A stretch of DNA of 64,000 bases from NCBI GenBank assembly GCA_041483895.1, contig JBGPGO010000001.1, positions 288,001 to 352,000 of the forward strand, read 5' to 3'. How positions within the stretch are numbered: the stretch's first letter is position 1; each line of letters opens with the position of its first letter. Shown here piece after piece: positions 47,085-58,960 of this stretch. Below the pieces are notes generated by a model, which saw only the letters and a program-made list of their open reading frames with translations, had not been told where the DNA came from and did not search any database. A program made the translations under genes and the position numbers. This DNA comes from Fimbriimonadia bacterium. Lineage in GTDB: Bacteria > Armatimonadota > Fimbriimonadia > Fimbriimonadales > JABRVX01.

Positions 47085-48165
47085 TTGATTCCTCGCCCGA
47101 TGCCAAAATGTCCACTAAGTCTTCGTGCTCTGGAAGTTCAGTGGCCAACTTCGGCGGTTGGGTCGGTTCAGAATGACTATCCCTGTGAATGACAATCGTG
47201 TTTTCGCGCGAAAACATATGTATGGCTTCTGGATTATGGGAGGTAGCAATAAACTGCCGATTCTTGAAGGTGCGGCGGAGGCTAAGGATCAACTGGCCTA
47301 CTTCGGACAGTGACAGGTAGTTATCGGGCTCATCCCAAAAACATACTGCTCCCGGCGTATTTTCCGCCCAAGCCTGGACCGTTGAAGCGATGACGAAACA
47401 CTTTTCTCCGTCGGATAACTGATCAAACGGAATGGTCAGACCTATTTCTCCATTTTCAAATAGGAATTCAAGATTTCGACTAACTTTTCCCGACTTAACA
47501 TTCTTCATTGATCGAATATCCGGCCAGATTTCGGACAGAAATTCCAGGATCCTAGCGCTGGAGGTTGCATTTAGTTGAGAAACGACCCGATACCACTCCG
47601 CGAAGTCCTCAAGGGATCGCTTTGGTACCAGCGTTTCGTGAATCGATTCTCCGTCTATCAGCGGCGGAATTGGTGCCATAATTAAGATGTCTGAAAGCCA
47701 ATTCTTGAAAGCCGCTGCGTCGGAGCCGAGTTCAAGAATCGGTAGCGCTAACTGATTGGTTTCCATTGGCAATGCGATGGTCCCAACATGAATCATATTG
47801 CCAGTTCGCTCGAAGAGACTCCAATCGCCTTTCCATGAAAGAGATTCGGCAGTTACCCTAAATTGGCGATTCCCCTCTTGCAGTTCAAAACTGGCCCGGT
47901 AACAGATGGGCTTCGATTCGATTTCAGTTTCAATTTCCAGAGTCAAAACCCGATCATCGCCAATTCGATTGAGATCTGATTCAGGCAAAGCATCTTCCAA
48001 GCGATGTCGTCCACTTGCCAGTGAGCGCAGTGCCAGTAATGCATCACGGACCGCCGATTTGCCGGATCCGTTGCGCCCAACAAGGAGTACCGAGTTGAAG
48101 TCCGCCAGGTTCAATTCGAAGTTGACCAGGCACCGGAAGTTGTGGACGTAGAATCGGCGAATCAT
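47071..48165 (-). CDS. AAA_21/ABC-type ATPase (non-transporter)
   Basis: VHNFRCL, Walker A GRNGSGKS, LSDGE signature, Walker B FWDEPD and TSH. Confidence 0.9.
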   Translation of the reverse strand: MIRRFYVHNFRCLVNFELNLADFNSVLLVGRNGSGKSAVRDALLALRSLASGRHRLEDALPESDLNRIGDDRVLTLEIETEIESKPICYRASFELQEGNRQFRVTAESLSWKGDWSLFERTGNMIHVGTIALPMETNQLALPILELGSDAAAFKNWLSDILIMAPIPPLIDGESIHETLVPKRSLEDFAEWYRVVSQLNATSSARILEFLSEIWPDIRSMKNVKSGKVSRNLEFLFENGEIGLTIPFDQLSDGEKCFVIASTVQAWAENTPGAVCFWDEPDNYLSLSEVGQLILSLRRTFKNRQFIATSHNPEAIHMFSRENTIVIHRDSHSEPTQPPKLATELPEHEDLVDILASGEESIVNQ

Positions 48166-48190
48166 GATGTGATCATACCGCCTATCGAAC

Positions 48191-50984
<2,794 letters not shown>

Positions 50985-50985
50985 C

Positions 50986-51957
50986 TTACTTCACTCGCTT
51001 CGTATGATTCTTGATCACCATATGAATGGTGGAAGCCGTGCCTTCATTTCCCGCTTTTGCCGCTCCGGGCAGAACCGTGTCGCTCTTCATTGTCGTCTGC
51101 GAATCGAGCACCTGCCCGGTCGCGGGATCGATCCAAAAAACCGTGCTTGAGTCCATTTTCGATTTTGCGCCGGCAAGAGGCGAACTCGATTCCCCGGCGG
51201 CTTCTTTACCGGAGATGTCCATAGTCATCGTACTTTGCACTTTCAGGGAATCTTTGCCTCCAAATTTTCCGGCGCTGATCAGCTTATATCGAACAACTAT
51301 CTCCGTGGGTACGTTGGCGCCCGCCGACTTTGCCCGATTGCCGAACAGAGTTGCGCTCGGTATCTTGGCTTCCCACGGGTCGCCGACGGCAACAGGTTTG
51401 GCAGGAAGTTGGATCGTCGCGAGCGGCGCCATAGTCATCTGCGCCCATGCGGCTTGGGACTCGGGTCCTCCTCTGGCTAGACCATGAGCATCCAACGAAA
51501 TCGTTTTGACAATCGGTTCGGTTGGGCCCTTCGGCATCCCAGGCATCATCGGGCCGGAAGGCGGCTTGATCGTATACTCCAGCGTTACGCCGTCACGCCT
51601 GGCATCCTTAACAAGCACAGAAAACTCCGAGTTGCTGGTATTCGTGTTGCCCATTCCCGACATTGCCATTTCCGTTGACACGGTGGTGGTGTATCGGCTC
51701 TTTGCGCCCTTTTTGAGGTTCAGCCGCAGGTCCCATCTGGCCGCATTTGCGCCGGTATCTTCAGGAGCCGCCTTTGACGCGGTATCAGTTGGATTGGCTT
51801 TGGAAACAGCCGTCTCGGGGCCGGAAGATTCCGGCCCCTTCGAAACAACTGAGTCCTTGCTGCCTGTGCCCGAAGGTTTGCCCTTCCCGGCCGTCGGCCC
51901 TTGAGAACAGCCAACGATCGAGATGAGGACACAGACGAGCCAGAATGCTCGAGTCAT
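50986..51957 (-). CDS. DUF6263-like lipoprotein
   Basis: Lipobox IVGC; DLRLNLKKG, LPAKPVAVGDPW and FWIDPATG. Confidence 0.72.
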   Translation of the reverse strand: MTRAFWLVCVLISIVGCSQGPTAGKGKPSGTGSKDSVVSKGPESSGPETAVSKANPTDTASKAAPEDTGANAARWDLRLNLKKGAKSRYTTTVSTEMAMSGMGNTNTSNSEFSVLVKDARRDGVTLEYTIKPPSGPMMPGMPKGPTEPIVKTISLDAHGLARGGPESQAAWAQMTMAPLATIQLPAKPVAVGDPWEAKIPSATLFGNRAKSAGANVPTEIVVRYKLISAGKFGGKDSLKVQSTMTMDISGKEAAGESSSPLAGAKSKMDSSTVFWIDPATGQVLDSQTTMKSDTVLPGAAKAGNEGTASTIHMVIKNHTKRVK

Positions 51958-51963
51958 ACGTGT

Positions 51964-52920
51964 CTAACCGCCCGTTTTGGCAGGCTCTGCCGTCGCCTTT
52001 TCGTCCGTAACCTGCTCGAGCAAAATCTTGCTCTTCGACGCCATCTTCATTTCCATGTCACCGGCGGGAGTGCCGCCGATGCTCATGTTCGTCATCGAAT
52101 CCAGGTCCTGTTTCATGTTGAGGACAAAACAGGTTCCGCGATCGAGATAGGCGGTCGCCTTGATCGTGGTCTTGCCCTTCATCTTCATGGTCATGCCTTC
52201 TGCCCCAGGCTGTTCCGCAAACATCTGGCCCATATCCATATCCATCGGAACGTCGTAGGTGAGCTCCAGTTTGTAGGCCGGAATGCCCTTGTAGGTCTCG
52301 AGTCCAACAAGGGTAGCCTTCACCTTCGCCTTTGGCATCTTGAGTTTCGCCTTCGCGCTCGCAATCATTGCGGATCCGGGATAATCGACCGTCGAATCCC
52401 ACGTTCCGCCCACAGCGATGGGATCCGTGGGAAAGGCCGGCATCATCGAGAGCAGGCTAAAGGCGGTACCACCGCCTCCCATGCTCATCTGGCGCATTCC
52501 TTCCGGTATCCCTTCGACACTTGTGTCCAGTGTCTCGCCACGGCTATTGACGTGACTGGTGAGCGTCATTTTCTCAATACCATCCGCCATAGCCTCCGCC
52601 TGCGAGCCTACGTCCATTCCGTTGACGTCCATGGAGAACTTCATATCTTTGAAACTGGATATGATGGTCGCAACGCCGTCTTTGACGCCGGTGACCTTGT
52701 GCTTCATAAGCATGTTCTGGGTCATCTTCATGGGCTGCTCTTCCTCGCTGCCCATCATGCCGGTCATCGTGCCGTTCAAGTCCATATTGATCTTGTACGT
52801 AAGGATTCTCGGCAGCGGAGTTTTGTCGAATTTGTATCGCAGCGTGTAGGTATCTTGGGCGGTCGCCGCTACCGCCAGCGCAATGCTCCATAGCAGCGCG
52901 GTGCTCGTAACTAATTTCAC
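51964..52920 (-). CDS. Met-rich secreted DUF6263-like protein
   Basis: GTG start after GGAGGA; YTLRYKF, FPTDPIAVGGTW and YLDRGT. Confidence 0.72.
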   Translation of the reverse strand: MKLVTSTALLWSIALAVAATAQDTYTLRYKFDKTPLPRILTYKINMDLNGTMTGMMGSEEEQPMKMTQNMLMKHKVTGVKDGVATIISSFKDMKFSMDVNGMDVGSQAEAMADGIEKMTLTSHVNSRGETLDTSVEGIPEGMRQMSMGGGGTAFSLLSMMPAFPTDPIAVGGTWDSTVDYPGSAMIASAKAKLKMPKAKVKATLVGLETYKGIPAYKLELTYDVPMDMDMGQMFAEQPGAEGMTMKMKGKTTIKATAYLDRGTCFVLNMKQDLDSMTNMSIGGTPAGDMEMKMASKSKILLEQVTDEKATAEPAKTGG

Positions 52921-53013
52921 AATATCCTCCCGACGAAGTGCCCCTTCATGAGATTCCCGGAGCCTCGCCATTGGTTACTGCAGTTTGTACCACATCGTTG
53001 CGGTCGTGAGCGC

Positions 53014-54003
53014 TTAGACCCCCGCTAAAGCGCTGAACAGCCGACGTCGGATCGTTTGGAATCGGCCTCCATCCGGATCTGAGAATACGCGATTGGTCAG
53101 CAGCGCCATCGCCGGGCCGCATTCGTAATTGACCAGCATCACCGTGCCGGTAAACCCAGTGTGCCCGACCACCGAGCGACCGAACACACCAGGATCGGGG
53201 AGCATTTCACTGCCGTGCGTGAAGAATCCGATGGAGCGAGGTTCCAATTCGCCGATCTGGTTCCGAAGCAGGGCATCCATAGCTCCCCGGGAGCGCAACG
53301 GCGGCGCAATCGCGCCCGGCAGCAGCGATTCCGAGTAGGAAGCAACGTCGTCCAGCGTGCCGAACAGACCGGCGTGGCCGGCAAATCCGCCCAAGGCAGC
53401 GGCGTTCGCGTCATGCGGTTCTCCCCGCAGCGTCTTCCCTTCTCGCCAAGGGCAGTTGCCGGTGACCGCGTACGATCCGCCTTGGAAGCCTAGCCCAAGC
53501 GGACGAAACACCAATTCGTTCGCAAGATTTCGCAGGGAATCACCGCCGGCCCGCTCCAAAATCACGCCGAGCAAGATGTAACCCACGTCGCTGTAAACAT
53601 GCCCCATCGATGGCAGCCGCTCCAACGGGGTCTGGAGCGCCTCATGCAACAGTTCGTCCGACTGGTAGAAAGGCCGCCACGCCGGAAGGCCGCTGGTGTG
53701 GGTCGCCAAATGGAATACGGTGACACCCTTCAGGTGCCGTGCTTCCGGCAGCCAATCTCCCACGGGATCGCGCAGCGACAACTTGCCTCGCTCGCACAGC
53801 GCCAGCAACGTAGTTGAAGTACAAATCGGTTTGGTAAGCGATGCGAGATCGAACACCGTCTCCGCCCCGCATTCGACCCCGCGTTCCGGGTCCGCCTGAC
53901 CTACATGCCAGACCTGGCGATCCTTTCCCGGCCATCGCAAGGAACAGGCGGCGCAGGTAAAGGCCCGCTCTTCGATCCCCGATTGCAAAATTGCTTCGAT
54001 CAC
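53014..54003 (-). CDS. Serine hydrolase, beta-lactamase class C-like family
   Basis: FDLASLTK, YSDVGY, HTSGL and GHTGFTG; GTGA overlap start. Confidence 0.9.
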   Translation of the reverse strand: MIEAILQSGIEERAFTCAACSLRWPGKDRQVWHVGQADPERGVECGAETVFDLASLTKPICTSTTLLALCERGKLSLRDPVGDWLPEARHLKGVTVFHLATHTSGLPAWRPFYQSDELLHEALQTPLERLPSMGHVYSDVGYILLGVILERAGGDSLRNLANELVFRPLGLGFQGGSYAVTGNCPWREGKTLRGEPHDANAAALGGFAGHAGLFGTLDDVASYSESLLPGAIAPPLRSRGAMDALLRNQIGELEPRSIGFFTHGSEMLPDPGVFGRSVVGHTGFTGTVMLVNYECGPAMALLTNRVFSDPDGGRFQTIRRRLFSALAGV

Positions 54004-55109
54004 GGCGGTCCGAGGGCCGCTACCGTGTCCTTGAGTTTTTCCAGATTCTTCAAATTCCCGCCATCGGCCGTTATCCCGCCGTACGAGAACAGGGAAAATC
54101 CGGACAGCCCGTTCGAGCGGACCGAACGTATCCGGTCGGCAATCTGTTCGGGATTGAGTCGCCATGCGCCGATACCCATCACCACTTTGGTCCTTCCGGC
54201 CGCTTTCTTCGCGGCTTCGGAGAAGGAGCGGAATTGCAGCTCATCGACCACGTAATTCATGGGAACGACCTCATCGAGGAGGCCGGCTTTGCACCAGGCC
54301 GGCCAGTCCTGCATCTTCTGGCCGACCGCAAGCTTCTGGTTCGCCCACACGGCCGCCGAGAGCTCTTTGTCCGTACCCAAATCTTTCCGAATCTCCTTCA
54401 CGAGCGAAGTGATCTGTTCGCGGCGCCATTCATCCCATTTTTGGGGATAGGCGGCAATCAGAGCGTTTGGGGCCATGTCCATTCCCATATACGCCTTGAA
54501 CCTGCGGAGGCAGCAGTCGCAATAGCAAAAGGCGCTGCTGGGGTACCGGATGTAATCGAGGTGGATGCCGGCAATATCGTATTTCTTTGCAATCTCCTTC
54601 AGGACCGCCCGAAGATGCTGCCGCGCTTCCGGGTTGCTTGGGCACAGATAGGCGCCCTCGTTCTTGCCGGAAGAGAGCGGCTGGTCCCCAGATTTAGTAA
54701 TGGCGATCCAATTTCGGTGCGCGATGAGGATATGCTTTGCGTCTTGCGGCAGCGTCGCCTCGTTCCAGACATACATCGTGTTCACCCAGGCATGGACCTT
54801 TATTCCAGAGGCGTTGGCCTGCTTGATCACCTCCGCCAAAGGGTCGAAATCACTGGGGGCGTCCTTCAAAGCCTCCGACCGAGGCTCCAGGGTGGAAGCA
54901 TAGTAGGCGTCGCCCCGGCCCCGAACCTGAACGAACAGGGTATTGAATCCGGCTTCCGCGGCCCGCTTCACCAGGTTGTCGATTTTTTCCTTCGAAGAGA
55001 GGCTGTTGCGAACGACCCACATCGCGCGGGTCTCGTTCCGGTCGGTTTGACCTGGACCGGACGATAGGCTGAGGCCCAAGGAAATCAGGATTACGAAAGC
55101 GACCCGCAT
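54000..55109 (-). CDS. GHL10/DUF187-family glycoside hydrolase
   Basis: RAMWV, FVQVRGRGDAYY, FDPL, VHAW, GIHLDYIRYP and QDW. Confidence 0.88.
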   Translation of the reverse strand: MRVAFVILISLGLSLSSGPGQTDRNETRAMWVVRNSLSSKEKIDNLVKRAAEAGFNTLFVQVRGRGDAYYASTLEPRSEALKDAPSDFDPLAEVIKQANASGIKVHAWVNTMYVWNEATLPQDAKHILIAHRNWIAITKSGDQPLSSGKNEGAYLCPSNPEARQHLRAVLKEIAKKYDIAGIHLDYIRYPSSAFCYCDCCLRRFKAYMGMDMAPNALIAAYPQKWDEWRREQITSLVKEIRKDLGTDKELSAAVWANQKLAVGQKMQDWPAWCKAGLLDEVVPMNYVVDELQFRSFSEAAKKAAGRTKVVMGIGAWRLNPEQIADRIRSVRSNGLSGFSLFSYGGITADGGNLKNLEKLKDTVAALGPP

Positions 55110-55292
55110 GTTTGCTATCCCCCTTCACCTGTCGCACCGTTCGCGGAATTCCGACAATTTCGTATTGATAGACTTCTAGCAGTTGCTCAGGGTACCTGTT
55201 GCGGAAGCGTATCCATTGAATCGGAGGACCGTAGCGCAAATGGCTTTTTTTCAGGGGACAAATTATTCCGATGAGAGCATGAGGCGAAGAGC

Positions 55293-56171
55293 TTGACACC
55301 GCCAGTAGACCACGAAGCCTTCCGCCGGCATGTGGAGCGTTCTGTAAACGACCTGCCGGCGATGCCAACTGTTGTGTCAAAGGTTATCGAAATTGCAGAC
55401 AGCCTGGACGGGTCCGCACAGGATGTTCAGAAGATCATCGCGACGGACCAGGCGCTGACCGGCAAAGTGCTGCGCGTCGTCAATTCGGCCTATTACGGCG
55501 CGGCGGGACAGATCTCTTCGATCACACAGGGCGTCATGGTATTGGGAATGCGGCAATTGCGGAACCTCACCCTCAGCTTGGCCGCAATGAGCCTGGTCAA
55601 GTCCCGAGCCGCCCACATGGTCGAGCACCAAGCGGCCTTTTGGCGTCATTCATTCGCTGTGGGATCCGCATCGATGATGGTCGGGAAACAGGCTCGGTTG
55701 CCGCAGTCGCGGTTGGATGACGTCTTTACCGGCGGGCTGCTGCACGATCTTGGGCGTCTGTTCTTGCTCAGCTTTTTCTATGATCTGTTCTTCGCAACGT
55801 TGCAAATGGCGGAGGAAAGGGGCTGCACCACGGAACAGGCAGAGAAAGCGCTGCTCGGCCTCGACCACACGGAAATTGGCGCAATGTTGGCCGCCCACTG
55901 GAAGTTCCCGGAGGGACTCCTGCAGATCATCCGCTACCATCACGGGCCGATGCCACAGGGGGACTACTTTGCCAGCGTCGCTTGCGTACACCTCGCGGAA
56001 GCGCTTACCGACGAGGCAAGTGAAGGCAAGGCGTTTGCAGAGATTGCCATCCTGGATGAAGTTCGAAGCTGGGCTAAGCTGACGGAGGACGAATTCACCT
56101 TCATTCAAGTGACCGTCAGTCAGCAGATATCGGAAGCGGAAGACATGATCGGTTTGATGCACGCCGCATAG
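55293..56171 (+). CDS. HDOD domain signalling protein
   Basis: LPAMP, DQALTGKVLRVVNSAYYG, FWRHS, GLLHDLG and W.FP..I.YHH. Confidence 0.92.
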   Translation: MTPPVDHEAFRRHVERSVNDLPAMPTVVSKVIEIADSLDGSAQDVQKIIATDQALTGKVLRVVNSAYYGAAGQISSITQGVMVLGMRQLRNLTLSLAAMSLVKSRAAHMVEHQAAFWRHSFAVGSASMMVGKQARLPQSRLDDVFTGGLLHDLGRLFLLSFFYDLFFATLQMAEERGCTTEQAEKALLGLDHTEIGAMLAAHWKFPEGLLQIIRYHHGPMPQGDYFASVACVHLAEALTDEASEGKAFAEIAILDEVRSWAKLTEDEFTFIQVTVSQQISEAEDMIGLMHAA

Positions 56172-56208
56172 AGATCGGGTCGCCTATATTAGGATAGACT
56201 CAAGTCCG

Positions 56209-58182
56209 ATGTACACGCTGCGAACCAAACCATCCTATTCGGTGTTGGCAACCGCACTGATTCTGGTTGCGGGCCTGGGACTTTCCGGAAAGTTCCTCCG
56301 ACGGTATGAGGTCCAGGCGGATAGAAACGCTCTTGCCAAATCGCGCAGCCCGTTTCTAAAGACCTCGAAATCCCACTTTATCCAGTGGATGGAATGGGGA
56401 CCGGAGGTGTTCCAAGCAGCCAAACGGCGAGACGTGCCGATCTACATCGACATCGGCGTCTTTTGGAATCGTCTATGCGGCCGGATGAACGGGGAAATCA
56501 ATGTCGATTCACAGCTCGCGCAGTATCTCAACGACCATTTTGTGTGCGTGAAAATCGATGCGGAGCAAGAACCGGCGGTGGCAGCCTCGTTCTTGCGGCA
56601 AGCACGAACGCTGGGGGGGTCTGCCGATTGGCCTCTCGTCGCGGTCGCGGATCACCGGGGAGCGATCTTCCGAGTTGCGACGTGGGACCAGGACCTGTCC
56701 ATTGAGCAGTTGTACGCTTGGCTGCAAGATGCCAGAGAACTCTGGGCGCAAAATAGGGCGGAGGTGACCAGGCTCGCCGATACCACTTTGGCTGCCGAAC
56801 AAGAGTCCATCGTCTCGGCGGAGCATCGCCCGGCGGCTCCGGAGCCTGAAGTTCTGGCTGCGATGACGGAGAAACTATTCCAGCGCTACGACGCCCAGTA
56901 CGGCGGCTTCGGAATCCCCCGCCAGGAGGGAAAGGGTGTTGATGGACCGGCGCTTCTGTTTCTCTTGGATCGCGCGGAGCGGGACAAGGATGCTGACTCA
57001 AAGCAAAAACTGCGATTCTGTCTGGACACATTGCGCGACAGCGCCCTCCATGATTGGGTCAACGGAGGCTTCCATCTCTCCTCCTCGGATCGCGCGAGAA
57101 AGCTGCCGGATTTTGCGAAGCACATTGCCCTCAATGCGCAATTGCTGGAGATCTACGCTCGTGCAGCGAAGCTGTTCAATGATGAATCCTATCGAAAGAT
57201 CGCCGGTGAAATCGTCGATTTCATTCAGACCACATTGTGGGATGACATGGAGGCGAAAGTATTCACGTCCGTCAGTTACGGCTTGTCGCCCTCTGAACGC
57301 GGCGCATATTACGCATGGTCGCTCAGCCAATTGAATACGGTCTGTACTCCCACGGAGATCGCGGCGCTGCGGTACCGTTTTGGTTTGGATGAAGAGGGAT
57401 CGATCCGGTGGGATACGTCGTTGCGAGTTTTCCACGTATCGGCGAGTTTTGCGCAAATCGCTTCGAAGATGGGGATATCCGAGGCATCTGTTCGTTCGCT
57501 GATTGAAGATGCATTGGGAAATCTCCAAGACGCTCGGGATCGCCGAGCGTTGCTTCCGCCCGTGGATCGATCCGTTCACACAGACCTCAATGGGCTTGCC
57601 GCTTATTCCTTCGCGGTAGCCGGAAAAGCACTCGGCAACGACAACCTCGTCAGCATGGGTGACAGGGTCATCCAGCACCTGCTGGACTTTAAGAAAGAAC
57701 CGGATGGACTGCTCAATCATGGCTTAAGCACCGCGACCGGCCTACTAGCGGATCAGGTTTGGCCCGCGCTTGCTTCGGTAGCCGTGTATCGAGCGAATGG
57801 CGATCCCGAACGGCTGCGGTTCGCGGAAGCAATCGCGGGGGCGTTGCAACGGCGATTCGAAGACCGGACGGGTTGGTGGGGACTGTGGATGCGGGCAACG
57901 GACAAAGCGCTTGCGGAGGCAGCACCGATCGAATCCATGCGACTGGCCCCAATCGAACGAGGGATGATACCCTTCAAGCCGATCTACGACACGCTCTATA
58001 TGTCGGACAACGCCGCGTCCGCGCTGCTGATGATCGATCTGTACGAAGTCACCAAGAACCCGGAATATTGGGAGACGGCCCGCCGCATTCTGTTCGCGTT
58101 CGGCAAGAAACTGGAAGAGGGCGATCCGGCGCAAGTCGGTATGATGATCCCATTGAACCGGTTCTTGGAGGCGAAGCGATGA
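56209..58182 (+). CDS. DUF255/YyaL (SPATA20-like) thioredoxin + six-hairpin protein, divergent
   Basis: SPFL, W.EWG.E.F..A, NDHFVCVKID, GGFG and GGFH. Confidence 0.82.
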   Translation: MYTLRTKPSYSVLATALILVAGLGLSGKFLRRYEVQADRNALAKSRSPFLKTSKSHFIQWMEWGPEVFQAAKRRDVPIYIDIGVFWNRLCGRMNGEINVDSQLAQYLNDHFVCVKIDAEQEPAVAASFLRQARTLGGSADWPLVAVADHRGAIFRVATWDQDLSIEQLYAWLQDARELWAQNRAEVTRLADTTLAAEQESIVSAEHRPAAPEPEVLAAMTEKLFQRYDAQYGGFGIPRQEGKGVDGPALLFLLDRAERDKDADSKQKLRFCLDTLRDSALHDWVNGGFHLSSSDRARKLPDFAKHIALNAQLLEIYARAAKLFNDESYRKIAGEIVDFIQTTLWDDMEAKVFTSVSYGLSPSERGAYYAWSLSQLNTVCTPTEIAALRYRFGLDEEGSIRWDTSLRVFHVSASFAQIASKMGISEASVRSLIEDALGNLQDARDRRALLPPVDRSVHTDLNGLAAYSFAVAGKALGNDNLVSMGDRVIQHLLDFKKEPDGLLNHGLSTATGLLADQVWPALASVAVYRANGDPERLRFAEAIAGALQRRFEDRTGWWGLWMRATDKALAEAAPIESMRLAPIERGMIPFKPIYDTLYMSDNAASALLMIDLYEVTKNPEYWETARRILFAFGKKLEEGDPAQVGMMIPLNRFLEAKR

Positions 58183-58772
58183 GCGAGCGATTGATCGTCG
58201 GGATCACGGGGGGTAGTGGCGCAATCTACGGTGTCCGCTTGTTGCACCGCGCGCTGGAAAGCTATGACGAAGTGTATGCCTGCGTCTCCCATGCGGCATC
58301 CATTGTGTTGCGGCAGGAGCTGGACCGGGAATTCGATCCCGAAAATCCGTCGGCGGAGGCACTGCTCGGGCGATCTCCCTCCAATCTAACATTGCTCACA
58401 CCCAAAGATTTCATGTCTCCTCCCGCCAGCGGTTCGTTCCGTCATTCAGGGATGATCATCGCCCCCTGCTCGATGGGGACCGCCGGCCGCATCGCCAACG
58501 GTGTCTCGGACGATCTGATATCGCGGGCCGCCGACGTCTGCCTCAAGGAGCGAAGTCCGTTGGTCCTCATCATCCGCGAATCACCCCTGTCCCTCGTCCA
58601 CCTGAAAAACCTGACGGCGCTGACGGAGGCCGGTGCGATTGTGATGCCCGCCGCGCCCGGATTCTACTTCCGGCCCAAGACGATCGATGAGATGGTAGAC
58701 AGCGTCGTGGTGCGCGCGCTCCAGGTCATCGGCCGCGTGGATCCTTCCGCCAAGGAGTGGGGCAAGCATTAG
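58179..58772 (+). CDS. ubiX: Flavin prenyltransferase
   Basis: VGITGGSGAIYG, ASGSF, APCSMGT, RAADVCLKE, RESP and PGFY; ATGA overlap. Confidence 0.95.
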   Translation: MSERLIVGITGGSGAIYGVRLLHRALESYDEVYACVSHAASIVLRQELDREFDPENPSAEALLGRSPSNLTLLTPKDFMSPPASGSFRHSGMIIAPCSMGTAGRIANGVSDDLISRAADVCLKERSPLVLIIRESPLSLVHLKNLTALTEAGAIVMPAAPGFYFRPKTIDEMVDSVVVRALQVIGRVDPSAKEWGKH

Positions 58773-58775
58773 TCC

Positions 58776-58957
58776 TGGAGGGCTCCGCTCCGTCGGAGCC
58801 TCGTCGTTGGAGGGCTTCGCTCCGTCGGAGCCTCGTCGTTGGAGGGCTCCGCTCCGTCGGAGCCTCGTCGTTGGAGGGCTCCGCTCCGTCGGAGCCGAGA
58901 ACTTGCGGAGAAGATCACGCCTGCCCGCGGGCGGCTCCGACGGAGCGGAGCCCTCCA
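58776..58957. repeat. REP-like cluster: four tandem 32-bp units plus one inverted copy
   Basis: tggagggctccgctccgtcggagcc at 58776, 58808 (one mismatch), 58840 and 58872; inverted copy at 58932-58957. Confidence 0.92.
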
Positions 58958-58960
58958 TGC

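Noticed and set aside
53014..54003. Beta-lactam resistance gene
   Set aside because: It is a generic SxxK serine hydrolase without a signal peptide, coupled to a GHL10 gene; an esterase or cell-wall recycling role is more likely.
55240..55280. Possible sigma28 promoter before the HDOD gene
   Set aside because: TCCGATGA is only a partial -10 match and there is no properly spaced -35.
58776..58897. Possible CRISPR array
   Set aside because: Linkers are identical 7-mers rather than unique spacers, there is an inverted copy, and no cas genes are present.
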